Shown here: one piece after another, positions 12,621-25,154 of the stretch
Layout: each line of letters starts with the position of its first letter
Numbering within the stretch: the first letter of the stretch is position 1
From: Octopus sinensis
Taxonomy: Eukaryota
Direction: 5' to 3'
Assembly (NCBI RefSeq): GCF_006345805.1
Contig: NC_043004.1
Coordinates: 69,316,001 to 69,380,000 of the forward strand
Length of the DNA stretch: 64,000 nt
Notes under the pieces: model-generated
What the model was told of the DNA's origin: nothing
The model's input: the letters and a program-made list of their open reading frames with translations, nothing else
The model's database searches: none
Translations under genes and position numbers: made by a program

Positions 12621-15548
12621 CTATCTATCTATCTATCTCTTTCTGTCTATCTATCTGTCTATCTCTTTCTGTCTATCTATCTGTCTATCTGTCTATCTCT
12701 TTCTGTCTATCTGTCTATCTCTTTCTGTCTATCTGTCTATCTCTTTCTGTCTATCTGTCTATCTCTTTCTGTCTATCTGTCTATCTCTTTCTGTCTATCT
12801 GTCTATCTCTTTCTGTCTATCTGTCTATCTCTTTCTGTCTATCTGTCTATCTCTTTCTTCTATCTGTCTATCTCTTTCTGTCTATCTGTCTATCTCTTTC
12901 TGTCTATCTGTCTATCTCTTTCTGTCTATCTGTCTATCTCTTTTGTCTATCTGTCTATCTCTTTCTGTCTATCTGTCTATCTCTTTCTGTCTATCTGTCT
13001 ATCTCTTTCTGTCTATTGTCTATCTCTTTCTGTCTATCTGTCTATCTCTTTCTGTCTATCTGTCTATCTCTTTCTGTCTATCTGTCTATCTCTTTCTGTC
13101 TATCTGTCTATCTCTTTCTGTCTATCTGTCTATCTCTTTCTGTCTATCTGTCTATCTCTTTCTGTCTATCTGTCTATCTCTTTCTGTCTATCTGTCTATC
13201 TCTTTCTGTCTATCTGTCTATCTCTTTCTGTCTATCTGTTATCTCTTTCTGTCTATCTGTCTATCTCTTTCTGTCTATCTGTCTATCTCTTTCTGTCTAT
13301 CTGTCTATCTCTTTCTGTTATCTGTCTATCTCTTTCTGTCTATCTGTCTATCTCTTTCTGTCTATCTGTCTATCTCTTTCTGTCTATCTGTCTATCTCTT
13401 TCTGTCTATCTGTCTATCTCTTTCTGTCTATCTGTCTATCTCTTTCTGTCTATCTGTCTATCTCTTTCTGTCTATCTCTTTCTGTCTATCTGTCTATCTC
13501 TTTCTGTCTATCTGTCTATCTCTTTCTGTCTATCTGTCTATCTCTTTCTGTCTATCTGTCTATCTCTTTCTGTCTATCTGTCTATCTCTTTCTGTCTATC
13601 TGTCTATCTCTTTCTGTCTATCTGTCTATCTCTTCTGTCTATCTGTCTATCTCTTTCTGTCTATCTGTCTATCTCTTTCTGTCTATCTGTCTATCTCTTT
13701 TGTCTATCTGTCTATCTCTTTCTGTCTATCTGTCTATCTCTTTCTGTCTATCTGTCTATCTCTTTCTGTCTATCTGTCTATCTTTTCTGTCTATCTGTCT
13801 ATCTCTTCTGTCTATCTGTCTATCTCTTTCTGTCTATCTGTCTATCTCTTTCTGTCTATCTGTCTATCTCTTTCTGTCTATCTGTCTATCTCTTTCTGTC
13901 TATCTTCTATCTCTTTCTGTCTATCTGTCTATCTCTTTCTGTCTATCTGTCTATCTCTTTCTGTCTATCTGTCTATCTCTTTCTGTCTATCTGTCTATCT
14001 CTTTCTGTCTATCTGTCTATCTCTTTCTGTCTATCTGTCTATCTCTTTCTGTCTATCTGTCTATCTCTTTCTGTCTATCTGTCTATCTCTTTCTGTCTAT
14101 CTGTCTATCTCTTTCTGTCTATCTGTCTATCTCTTCTGTCTATCTGTCTATCTCTTTCTGTCTATCTGTCTATCTCTTTCTGTCTATCTGTCTATCTCTT
14201 TCTGTCTATCTGTCTATCTCTTTCTGTCTATCTGTCTATCTCTTTCTGTCTATCTGTCTATCTCTTTCTGTCTATCTGTCTATCTCTTTCTGTCTATCTG
14301 TCTATCTCTTTCTGTCTATCTATCTATCTCTTTCTGTCTATCTATCTATCTCTTTCTGTCTATCTATCTATCTCTTTCTGTCTATCTATCTATCTCTTTC
14401 TGTCTATCTATCTATCTCTTTCTGTCTATCTATCTGTCTATCTATCTCTTTCTGTCTATCTATCTGTCTATCTATCTGTCTATCTATCTCTTTCTGTCTA
14501 TCCATCTGTCTATCTATCTCTTTCTGTCTATCCATCTGTCTATCTATCTCTTTCTGTCTATCCATCTGTCTATCTATCTCTTTCTGTCTATCTATCTGTC
14601 TATCTATCTCTTTCTGTCTATCTATCTGTCTATCTATCTCTTTCTGTCTATCTATCTCTTTCTATCTGTCTATCTATCTCTTTCTATCTGTCTATCTATC
14701 TCTTTCTGTCTATCTATCTATCTCTTTCTGTCTGTCTATCTATCTCTTTCTGTCTGTCTATCTATCTCTTTCTGTCTATCTATCTATCTCTTTCTGTCTA
14801 TCTATCTATCTCTTTCTGTCTATCTATCTATCTCTTTCTGTCTATCTATCTATCTCTTCGTCTATCTATCTATCTCTCTGTCTATCTATCTATCTCTTTC
14901 TGTCTATCTATCTATCTCTTTCTGTCTATCTATCTATCTCTTTCTGTCTATCTATCTATCTCTCTGTCTATCTATCTATCTATCTCTTTCTGTCTATCTA
15001 TCTATCTCTTTCTGTCTATCTATCTGTCTCTTTCTGTCTATCTATCTGTCTATCTATCTCTTTCTGTCTATCTATCTGTCTATCTATCTCTTTCTGTCTA
15101 TCTATCTGTCTATCTATCTCTTCTGTCTGTCTATCTCTTCTGTCTATCTATGTCTATCTATCTCTTTCTGTCTATCTATCTGTCTATCTATCTATCTTTC
15201 TGTCTATCTATCTGTCTATCTATCTCTTTCTGTCTATCTATCTGTCTATCTATCTCTTTCTGTCTATCTATCTGTCTATCTATCTCTTTCTGTCTATCTA
15301 TCTGTCTATCTATCTCTTTCTGTCTATCTATCTGTCTATCTATCTCTTTCTGTCTATCTATCTGTCTATGTATCTCTTTCTGTCTATCTGTCTATCTATC
15401 TCTTTCTGTCTATCTATCTATCTCTTTCTGTCTATCTATCTATCTCTTTCTGTCTATCTATCTATCTCTTTCTGTCTATCTATCTATCTCTTTCTGTCTG
15501 TCTATCTATCTCTTTCTGTCTGTCTATCTATCCGTCTGTCTGTCTGTC
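12621..15548. repeat. GATA/GACA-type satellite, 22-bp unit TCTATCTGTCTATCTCTTTCTG shifting to 22-30-bp variants
   Basis: Direct inspection; the stop-free ORFs 12618-15836 etc. are a consequence of the repeat. Confidence 0.97.
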
Positions 15549-16591
15549 ATTTTCTTTCTGTTGTTACCACTCTCTATGTCTCTCCTTTTGCTGATGTTCT
15601 CTCTCTCTTGCTCTCTTTCTCTCTCTCTCTCCTTCTCTACTTCACCTTGTTTTGCTCCCTATCTACTATCACCCTGCTCTTTCTTTCTCTTTGTAACTAT
15701 CGCTCTCTCTCTCTCTCTCTCTCTCTCTCCTAAATCTGTCTATCTATATCTCTATCTATCTCCCTTCTCTCTCCATCCCTCTCTCCATCTCTCTCTCTCT
15801 CTCCATCTCTCTCTCTCACTCTCCATACATTTGTAAGTAATCTCCCGCCCACACACGTCCTCTTGAATTCTTTTCTTTCTTTCTTTCTTTCTCGTCTGTT
15901 TTTCTCTCAGTACTTTTGATGTAACTGTTTATTTGTTGTTCTGTTTTAATAAAGCTTCTCTCTCTCTCTCTCACTTCTTTTCTCATCTCTTTTTTTCTTT
16001 CTTGCAAAACAACAATCCACCATCTCCTATTATCATCATCATCATCATTATCACTTATCTGGACATAGTTTGCCAATGATCATCAACAAACACAACTCAT
16101 CCGAGATCAAACAATTGGATGGAAACATCAGTGAAGGATTTCTGTCTGTCTCTCTCTCTCTTTGTCTACCCCCACCTCTCTCTCTCTCTCTCTGTAGCCA
16201 CCTCTTTCTGTGTGTGTGTGTGTGTCTCTCTCTCTCTCTCTCTCTCTCTGTGCTTATCCCTCTCTCTCTGCTTAACTCTCCCCCTCTCTCTCTCTCCCTC
16301 TCTCAGTATCGTCCCCTTCCCGCCCTGCTGTCTCTGATATTTCATTGTAAACTTTTTAATCAAACATTTCACCTGCAAGTCAGCAGTCAGTGAGTAAAAG
16401 ATCTTAGCATTTTCACAGCAACCAATAAACATGTCTGAAGTAATTCTTCTGATCATCGTACATTTGTCGTCGTCGTCATCGTCTTATTGTTGCTAGTGTC
16501 GTTTAACCCCAGGCTGGCCCTGATAGCGGACCTGTGATCCAAGACGATATCATCCGTGGTTAAACCAGTTGGATATTTGTTTATTTTACAA

Positions 16592-16970
16592 CTAGCAGTA
16601 TCGCCCGGCGTTGCTCGGATTTGTAAGGGAAATAACTATATAAGCATTTTTAGAGAGTTATAGCCAAAAATTAGCAAAAAAAATGCATTAAAAATGGGAA
16701 AAAATGATGGTAAATTTTTTTTAAATCGTTGACTCATCGTAGACATTTTTAGAGAGTTACTTCCCTTATATAATAGCGAAAAAATGCATTAAAATGGGAA
16801 AAAATGGTAATTTTTTTTTTAATCGTAGACTCATCGTAGACACGCGCTAATACCCTGAAGGGCTCGATATGAATCACGACTATAAGATAAACTGCACCGC
16901 AAAATGTGGGAGTAGTTAGGAATCTAAATCGTAGGAGACAGACACACAACTTCACTTTTATATATATAGA
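16592..16970 (-). mobile_element. Non-autonomous Helitron
   Basis: Minus strand starts 5'-TC(TATATATATAAAAG), ends in the GC-rich hairpin CCGAGCAACGCCGGG then CTAG-3', inserted between A and T; internal ~95-bp tandem duplication. Confidence 0.85.
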
Positions 16971-17319
16971 TATCTCTTGGATTACATCATTCAGTGAATT
17001 CTTTCTCAATCAGTGTGAGTGATTTGAATTAGATTTGGCTGTTGTTTCTTTCAAGCAGGTTGATTAACTGCATATAATGAGGACAAATTCATGCTGACAT
17101 GAAAACTTGGAGGTCAGTCACGAGTGAACTGCAGCCTGCGGCACTTTCTCAATGGAATGCCTTATGAAAAAAGACCTTGAATTCTTTCAGTTATGCTGCT
17201 TACCTGATGATGACCCATGTCTCATGCGGCCCTCTTCTCGAGAAAGGTTGCTCATTTCTAGGTGATTGTTCTGCTTGTTAGAAGTAGCTGTCAAATCTCC
17301 TTCATATCACAAACTATCA

Positions 17320-17460
17320 TTGTCATCATCATCATTTAGCACCCGTTTTCCACACTGGCATGGGCAGGATGGTTTGACTGGAGCTGGCAAGGTTGAGAGC
17401 TGTACAAAACACCATTGTCTGTTTTGGCATGGTATCTACTGCTGGGTGCCCTTCCCAACT
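17320..17460 (-). mobile_element. SINE-like family C, 3' fragment
   Basis: (TCA)n, TTTAGCACCCGTTTTCCACACTGGCATGGG...GCCCTTCCCAAC. Confidence 0.75.
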
Positions 17461-17747
17461 ACCTAAGCTATCATCTTAAAAATTGGTACTATTCAAAAAG
17501 AGTACAAAGCCAAAAAATAAAAGTACAATACGAAATGAAAACAGTACCAAAAAAAGTATAAAATGAAGGAATGACTTATCATAGGTCCATTCAATCAAAA
17601 CTGACCTGGGGTTAAACAAAAAAATCAATAACGGGGTACATTAATGATGTAGTTCTGGATCAGGCCTGGCCAACTCGAATTACATTGCGGGTCACTTTCA
17701 TCACAGGTTTTTGAGGGCTGCTTGTATACTGACAGAATTGAAAGCAT

Positions 17748-17979
17748 GATAAGGCGGCGAGCTGGCAGAAATGTTAGCACACCGGGCAAAATGCTTAGCA
17801 GTATTTTGTCTGCCGTTACATTCTGAGTTCAAATTCTACCAAGATCAACTTTGCCTTTCATCCTTTCATGGTCGATAAATTAAGTACCAGTTGTGCACTG
17901 GAGTCGATGTAATCAACTTAATCCCTTTGTCTATCCTTGTTTGTCCCCTCTATGTTTAGCCCCTTGTGGGCAATAAATA
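17748..17979 (+). mobile_element. SINE family B with Tx1-like tail, 14-bp TSD
   Basis: TSD AGAATTGAAAGCAT at 17734-17747 and 17980-17993; tail ...TTTAGCCCCTTGTGGGCAATAAATA. Confidence 0.92.
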
Positions 17980-19265
17980 AGAATTGAAAGCATTTTGCTT
18001 TCTCCTGCTATTATTACAATAATGAACAACAACAATTGTTGATTCATCACGAAATATTATTGTTACAAAAACAGTAGAATCTTTCTTTCTTTTTTTACTT
18101 TTCATTACAATCTTTATTTGATAAAATTTTTAAAAAGTTTATTTAAATAAACCCATTTCAAGAAAGTATCAAGCAGGCTGCAGTCTAAAAGTCTGCGGGC
18201 CTCAGGTTGGCCAGCCGTGTTCTAGGTACACAAGGTCTGAATATTAGGCTGCTGGTCATAGCTAGAATGACTTTTGGTTCTAGGTTTATTCAATCAAGGC
18301 TGAGCTTAAACTGTTAAAAACCAGCAACAAACCAGTTTTGTTAACAAAGAACTTGGTACATCTGCTAAAACTTCAATGCTTGAACCATTGTTAGATGTTT
18401 AAAATTTGTCTAATTCACTAAATCAATAACCGATATAGGTGCAGGCATGGCAGTGTAGTTAGGAAGTTCACTTCACAACCATTGGCTTTTGGTTTCAGTT
18501 CTACTGTACAGCACCTTTGCCCTGACCAAATCCTTTGTAAATGGGTTTGGTAGATATAAAGTAAAAAAATAAATTTAAAAATCCACCATTCTATGTAACT
18601 CAAGTTAATGAAAAGAGTTTATCTCAAACAATTTCACAGCCTCGTGTCTTCTTATGCTGTGTACTCATATAACGATTTAAATTTAAAACTTGTTAATTGC
18701 ATGTGCAGAAACTTTCTTAAAACCTGGCAAGCTTCCACAGTACCAGTGAATGTCTCCTGTGTGCCAAAGAACAAATTTCATTTAATGATGTGACAGTTGG
18801 CTGCTGGCATTGATAAGCCTCAAGAATGGTGAATCAATGCAGAAATGATATTTGTGTCACTCTGATATTTGTTGTGTTTTAACACTGGAAGTCTGTGAAG
18901 AGATTTTTATCTCAGAATATTCCACAGCATCTTGTCTTCTAATTGTATATATATATATGCATTTACTATGATACACAGATGGTATATATATATATATATC
19001 AATATGCATGTTGTCCAACCCATGCCAGCACGGACAACAGACGTTAAATGACGATGATGATGACGATGTCTGTGTCACTCATTTCCAGTTATCTGAAAAC
19101 ATGTCTGGCCATTGTGCCATTTGCATTTGAAAGACTTGGAAGAATAGTTTCCCATTTGGAAGGTGAGAGTTGGCAACAAGAAGAAGAGCATATAGCTGTA
19201 GAAAATCTTCCTCAATGAATTTTATTAAAACAATGATGATGATGATGGTGATCTATCTTGCCTAC

Positions 19266-19350
19266 TTTTCTAGTTTGTTCTGAGTTGCTATTGGAATCAA
19301 TCTCTCTTTTGGACAAGAAATCCAGCGCTCTAATATTCAGTTTGAATTCT
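19266..19350 (-). other. Candidate coding exon (85 nt) of an unidentified host gene
   Basis: Acceptor TTCCTTCATTCCTAACCTAAG, donor GTAGGC, one open frame EFKLNIRALDFLSKREIDSNSNSEQTRK; no homolog recognised. Confidence 0.25.
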
Positions 19351-20397
19351 CTTAGGTTAGGAATGAAGGAACCGTGGGAGGACTGGCATGTCAAAGAATC
19401 GACCCAACCTTTTTCTTTGCATGTCATTAAAGGCAACTAAAATAGGTTCAAGTAGGCTTTGCATTTCAATCTTATAAAACCCTCTCCAGCCATGACTATC
19501 CAAACAGACCCATGGATTGGGGAGGTTGTCACCCTGGTGGTGCAAAGGTGTCATCTGCCAGGAGAAGGGAATCTCCAACAAATGGTAGATGTAGTGATAT
19601 ACTGTTACAGCACATGCCCCCCTCCCACACTTCTTCTATGAGAGACCACTCGGTGTTATAATAATCCTGCTAAACAGGACAACAATGCAATAATGCTGCA
19701 AATAATTATTGCATTGTCTTCATTTTTGAATTAATTTTAGTTTGATCCAGCTTCTTCTTCTTCTTCCATTGTCAACCAGCTTATTCTATCATTCCATTCT
19801 TAGATCCACCATTACCATTTATTATTTATTTTCTTTTGCTGAGCTGTTAATCTGGATTCTTCTTTTTTTTTTTGCACTAAGCTGCAAATTGTTTTTTTCT
19901 CTTAAATTATTAATCGTTATTTAATTATTAATCCTTCTTTTATAAAATCTTTTCCATTTAAATATAAATGTTCTAAAACATTACAAGAACCATCCATCTG
20001 AAGATTAACATACTTTCCTCTCCTTACCGAAAATTTGATTCCCCTGCCATTGTCATGGTCCATCTTTTCTTTGGTCTTCTTCCTAACCGATGTCTTCTTC
20101 CTCTCCATTGTCAACTTCTCTTTCTCTTAATCCAAACTCTTCTCATCCCGGGCCATGTTGTCTTTCATTCCAGTGAATTTTCCCTTCTTCCCCCCTTCTG
20201 CTCCCACCTAATACTGGACCTTCAGTTTTCCAAACTTCAGATCAACTTAACCAGTTTTATCTAATCCTCCTGCTTCCTTGTTCTAAGATCTTTTCATATT
20301 CTCCTTTTCCACAAGCTACCTATGATGGTTCCATCTCCTTGGACATAAGAAACAAAACAACAGACAAAAAATCTAAAACAAAAAAAAAATGAACAAC

Positions 20398-20940
20398 ATG
20401 GCTGTGTGATGAGAAGCTTGCTTCTCAACCACATGGTTTCAGGTTCAGCCCCACTGCATGGCACCTTAGGCAAGTGTCTTCTACTATAGCCTTGGGTTGA
20501 ACAGCTTTGTAAGTGGATTTGGTAAATGAAAACTTAAAGAAGCCCAGACATTGCATAATAATAAAGCAAAAAAAAAATTATAAGCCGGAGTGGTTTTCTC
20601 CCTTTAAGGTAAATTTCTCCCTCCCTTTTATTTCTTAGCAAACTATCTTTCTCTCTGCTTCTTACTCTGAAAGCTACCCGTAGGTGGCAGCTCGAACAGT
20701 CACCAGTCAAATTTCATGTATGTGTGTATGTGTGTTCCCCACCATTGCGTGACAACCAGTGTTGGTGTGTTTACATCTCAGTGACTTAGCAATTTGGCAG
20801 AAAGAAAAAAAATGTGACTGATAGAATGAGTACCAGCCTTTAAAAAATGATGTGCTGGAGTCAATTCATTTCTCTAAAATTCTTCAGAGTGGTGCCCCAG
20901 CATGGCCACAGTCTAATGACTGAAACAAATAAAAGGTATA
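20398..20940 (+). mobile_element. SINE family A, diverged, split by intervening sequence
   Basis: Head at 20398-20550 and tail at about 20720-20940. Confidence 0.7.
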
Positions 20941-21109
20941 AGATAACAGAACCCTGGTTACTTGGTTTCTGCACATTTTATTTGTCTGGTACTACAGTTC
21001 ATTGACCCTGAATGTAGGAAAGCAAAGTTAAGCTCAGCAGGATTTGAACTCAGAAATCAACGAGACAAAGATCGAATACTGCCAAGCCTTTTTTATGTCC
21101 CTCTAACAA

Positions 21110-21340
21110 TTCTTATTTCTTTATTGCCCCACAAAGGGCTAAACATAGAGGGGACAAACAAGGACAGACAAAGGGATTAAGTCGATTACATCAACCCCAG
21201 TGCGTAACTGGTTCTTATTTTATTGACCCCGAAAGGATGAAAGGCAAAGTCAACCTCAGCGGAATTTGAACTCAGAACAGCAGACGAAATACCGCTAAGC
21301 ATTTTGCCTGACGTGCTAACGTTTCTGCCAAACTGCTACC
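21110..21340 (-). mobile_element. SINE family B with Tx1-like tail, inserted into another family B copy (about 20960-21110)
   Basis: Minus-strand tail GGGCAATAAAGAAATAAGAATTGTTAG runs directly into the host SINE head sequence. Confidence 0.85.
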
Positions 21341-21374
21341 CTTGGTGTGGTTTTATTGACATTATTTAACCTTT

Positions 21375-21640
21375 AGCACACTTAAGCACATCATGTTGCC
21401 ATAGGTGCCATGTAAAAAGCATTTGTCTGGGTGCTGGTGCCACGTAAAAATCACTGGTGATGGTGCCATATATAAAGCGCCCTGTACACTCTGTGGAGTG
21501 GTTGGCATTAGGAAGGGCATCTAGCTATAGAAACCAAGCCAAAATAGACTATGGCAGCTGATGTGGACCCTGGCCTTGCCAGATCCTGTTAGGCTGTCCA
21601 ACCCATGCCAGCATGGTAAACCTATTAAATGTTGATGATG
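21375..21640 (+). mobile_element. SINE-like family C
   Basis: Repeated GGTGCCACGTAAAA module, GTTGGCATTAGGAAGGGCATC, (GAT)n tail. Confidence 0.85.
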
Positions 21641-21819
21641 ATGTATCTGTAGGTGCATTGTGTCATAGTGAGAGGGGAGAAAATCTGTATGGAAATGTGA
21701 GGCATCCACACTATGTTAAAGGCTAAGCATGGGTTAGCTTTAATATATTTAACTTGGGTTGTAGACACTCCAGACATGGCCACCTCTCCTTAATTTCAGA
21801 TGTAGTGGTATCTAAAAAA

Positions 21820-22142
21820 AGTAAAGACCCCCTTCAGTCATAAATGATCATGGGATTGCACCCAGAAAGTTCCCCTTCGAGGCACAAATCCAGGCATGGT
21901 TGTTTAAGAAAGACCAGCAGTCACCCATGCATTCCCTCTCCATACCACTGATGTTACCCAAGGGAAAGGCAAAGGGGCCGATGCAGCTTGGCACCAGTGA
22001 CATTGCAACTCATTTCCACAGCTGAGTGGACTGGAGCAATGTGAAATAAAGTGTCTTGCTCAAGAACACAGCATACAGCCCATTCCAGGAATCGAACTCA
22101 CTACTTCATGATTGTGAGTTGAACACTCTAACCACTGAGCTC
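21820..22142 (-). mobile_element. tRNA-headed SINE family D (CORE/V-like domain)
   Basis: Minus strand GCTCAGTGGTTAGAGTG...GTTCGATTCC head, then GTGTTCTTGAGCAAGACACTTTATTTCACATTGCTC; related pieces at about 23720-23990, 26170-26400, 33036-33270, 36720-36990, 37230-37430, 38140-38480, 41130-41260. Confidence 0.75.
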
Positions 22143-22192
22143 TCATTATTTAATGTCTTCTTCCCCTGTTTTTAAAGATAGTAGTGGATAAG

Positions 22193-22408
22193 TCAACCTT
22201 TTCAATACCAACCCACCTGAAACCGTTCTTGGTTCTATGATGCAAACTTCCAGTTTCAAAATGATGAAAATTAAAACCTGTCAAAATTTCTTGTTTGTGT
22301 AGGTTACAAACACCAATTTGATAACAGCAGTTATTTTAGTAAATTCTTCTCAATTTTCTAAAATTAATTGAAACAATTTCAACCAAATTATGGTAACAAA
22401 AGGGTTAA
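22193..22408. mobile_element. piggyBac-like MITE (TTAA-flanked)
   Basis: T(C)AACCTTTTCAATACC ... GGTAACAAAAGGGTTAA ends; related 3' half at about 23250-23345. Confidence 0.6.
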
Positions 22409-22860
22409 GGAAGAAATAGTCTGTTATTTCCTCTATTTCTGTCGGTTTTGGCAAAGACAGTAGCTCCTTCATTAGCACAGAATTGAAATTAGTTTTAAAC
22501 AATGTCTGATGTTCTTTACTTATTTTCTTTTTTCCCTTTTAAGAACTACACATTGATGTAGTTTTTGTTTTCTTGTTTCATTTTTTCAACGTTGTTAAGA
22601 CAATAAATCGATATGTGAAAACAGGCATTCAAAATCAATAATCAAGATTAGATAAAAGGAACTTCCTGAATAACATATGGTTTTTAAGTTTAATTTTACA
22701 ATTCTGTTCGGTGTCTGTCAATATAACAGGGTGACCTGACTAAAAACCAATAATTAGTACGTAACCTTTCTGGAATAGTAATCTTCCATTTTAATTCTTA
22801 GTCAATCCATTGCATCTTTGCTATGAAAATTATTACCTGTTCTTCTTCATGGAGACTTAC

Positions 22861-22972
22861 CAATTTCAAGCATTTTTGTATAATCCTGTTCAACCTTCTT
22901 GATACTAACCTGCCTGAAACAGCCCTTGGTTCCATTAAACAAATTCTCCGATTTTAAAGGTTTTAAAGCAAT
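22861..22972 (-). other. Candidate coding exon (112 nt) of an unidentified host gene
   Basis: Acceptor TCTTTAATTTAG, donor TTG|GTAAGT, open frame IALKPLKSENLFNGTKGCFRQVSIKKVEQDYTKMLEI; alternative internal donor CAG|GTTAGT. Confidence 0.3.
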
Positions 22973-23024
22973 CTAAATTAAAGATCTAACATAAAAATTT
23001 CTTGTAAATTTGTATTTCATAAAC

Positions 23025-23248
23025 CAACTTTAGCCTTTAGAATTTGGATTTCTCTGTCAAATGTAAAATTTATTTATTCACATTGTTTTGAATTAGTCAT
23101 GTATTACCTTGTAGCTTTGATATTTCAATGGTTTACTTTTACAATGATATTATAGGGTAAATGTGAGAGGCCAAATCTGGCCAGTTTGAAGGTAAGACAG
23201 GTAGATTATTTTGGCTGGATATGGTTGGTTTAAATACTAAAGAGTTAA
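23025..23248. mobile_element. piggyBac-like MITE, second family
   Basis: CTTTAGC...CTAAAGAGTTAA ends; related copies at 57018-57239 and about 47380-47790 (split). Confidence 0.55.
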
Positions 23249-23347
23249 TAATGATAGTTATTGTAATAAATTCTTCGTTATTTTCAAATCTAAGTGAAAA
23301 AAAGGCAGTGTTTTTCAACAGAAATACAGTAACAAAATGGTTTAAGG

Positions 23348-23685
23348 CAGTGGTTTTCAACCATTTTTTACTTGCGGTCCCCTTTCATTACTATTTTATT
23401 CTGGTGGATCCCTATAGCCATTCAATATTTAAATGCTAATTTTATAGATACTTCTTTCAAAATCCCTATTTTGTTATTCACTCATTCACTTGTGTGGGTC
23501 AAATTATGTAAAATGTTAGAGAAAGAAACCTAGCTGCTTCTTGCATTATATACATTTAAGTCAAATATTTTTCCGGACCTTCAAAACACTACTATGGATT
23601 CCCAATTTACTATTATGCAAGCGTGGACCTCCAAAATCTTATATGAACCCCGAGGGGTCATATGGCACCCGGTTGAGAACCACTG
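23348..23685. mobile_element. hAT-like MITE
   Basis: TIRs CAGTGGTTTTCAACC / GGTTGAGAACCACTG; 8-bp TSD not conserved; shorter relative at about 55971-56046. Confidence 0.75.
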
Positions 23686-24049
23686 GTTGTGAAGGCATGG
23701 CAAAGTAAGAAGTCTGCTTTGCAGTCCTACAGTCCTGAGTTTGCTTACACTGAGTGGTTAAAAATAAAAGGATCAGAGGTCCATTCCAAGCCATGTATTT
23801 CCCACCACCACCACCACTGGACAGAACATTGGTCTGTTACAGGATTACTCATTTTTGCCAGCTGGGTGGACTCGACCAACATGAAATGAAGTGTTTGAAA
23901 TGAAGAACATCGCATCGCTCTACCCAGGAATGAAAACCACAATTCTATGATCATAAGTGAAACACTTTAATCTCTAAGTCACGTGTCTCTACACATTATT
24001 CAGTGGTACCTTGGACTAATGACCATTATTGTAGCATCAGGTTTGACCG

Positions 24050-24800
24050 AATCCTTGTACTCAACATCATTGTATCCACCCACACATTACATAAGATCAA
24101 CATCCTTATATTAAAGAAGTCTTGTTTACAACATCATTACATAGCATTGCATAACAGCTTTATGTAAACCAGTCTTGTGTACAGAACAGTTTATTATGTA
24201 ACATTCAGCAGCCATGTATTAAGTCTTGAATGCAACAGTATTGCATAACATTAACAAAATATATATTACTCTTGTATTCCGCACCGTTACATAACAGTAA
24301 TAGATTCATATTAAAATAGTGTTGTGTACAACACTAATACATACTAGTTATTGGTTTAAATCAAACATGTATCATACACAACACCATTACACAACATTTG
24401 TCCATTTATATTAGTTTGTATACAACACTGTTGCATAACATTTACAGATTTATATTACATAAAATTAAGTGTTATATGATATATATTCTTGTATGCAACA
24501 TATTACATAACATTAACTGTTAAATATTATGTCTTGTATATAATACTATTACAAAATATTAATTTATATTAGTCTTTATAGAGCTATTGCATAACTGATT
24601 TATACAACAATATATTACTAACATTAACAGTTTTATATCTAAGTAGCCTTGTGTAGAACACTATTGCATAACGGTAATTGATTTATGTTAAAGTATTTTG
24701 ATATACAATGTTACATAACATCAACAACCTTATATTAAAGTAGATTTGTATACCACACAATTTATTTCATAATGTTATTTAACAGCTTTATGTTAATTTA
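24050..24800. repeat. Highly diverged ~48-52-bp AT-rich minisatellite
   Basis: Recurring CTTGTRTACAACA..ATTRCATAACA..AACAG..TATATT motif, roughly 14-15 copies. Confidence 0.75.
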
Positions 24801-24952
24801 ACATTGTAAGTTTAACAATTTTCTACTAATTTAACATTATGTATAATTTATATAAATTTAAATTCCTTCAAATTAACATTGACAGAAACAAATCCAGCTG
24901 AAAAAAAAAAAGCCTGTCAATAATAATAATAAAGAATTTTTCAACCTCAACA

Positions 24953-25121
24953 TGCAGGAGTGGCTGTGTGGTAAGTAGCTTGCTAACCAACCACATGGTT
25001 CCGGGTTCAGTCCCACTGCGTGGCATCTTGGGCAAGTGTCTTCTGCTATAGCCCCAGGCCGACCAATGCCTTGTGAGTGGATTTGGTAGACGGAAACTGA
25101 AAGAAGCCTGTCGTATATATG

Positions 25122-25154
<33 letters not shown>

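Noticed and set aside
12618-15836. ORFs of 883-1072 aa rich in L/S/I/Y/C/F
   Set aside because: Translations of the TCTA/TCTG satellite, which lacks stops in all three plus frames; no coding signal
17204-17215. Other CTGATGA occurrences, e.g. at 17204
   Set aside because: No stem II plus GAAA arrangement follows, so not hammerheads
19917-20330. Purine-rich minus-strand stretch with Lys/Glu-rich frames, reminiscent of LINE ORF1
   Set aside because: Stops in all frames and no diagnostic motif; cannot be assigned without a profile search
24953-25030. tRNA-like A/B boxes in SINE heads
   Set aside because: No complete cloverleaf; these are SINE promoters, not tRNA genes
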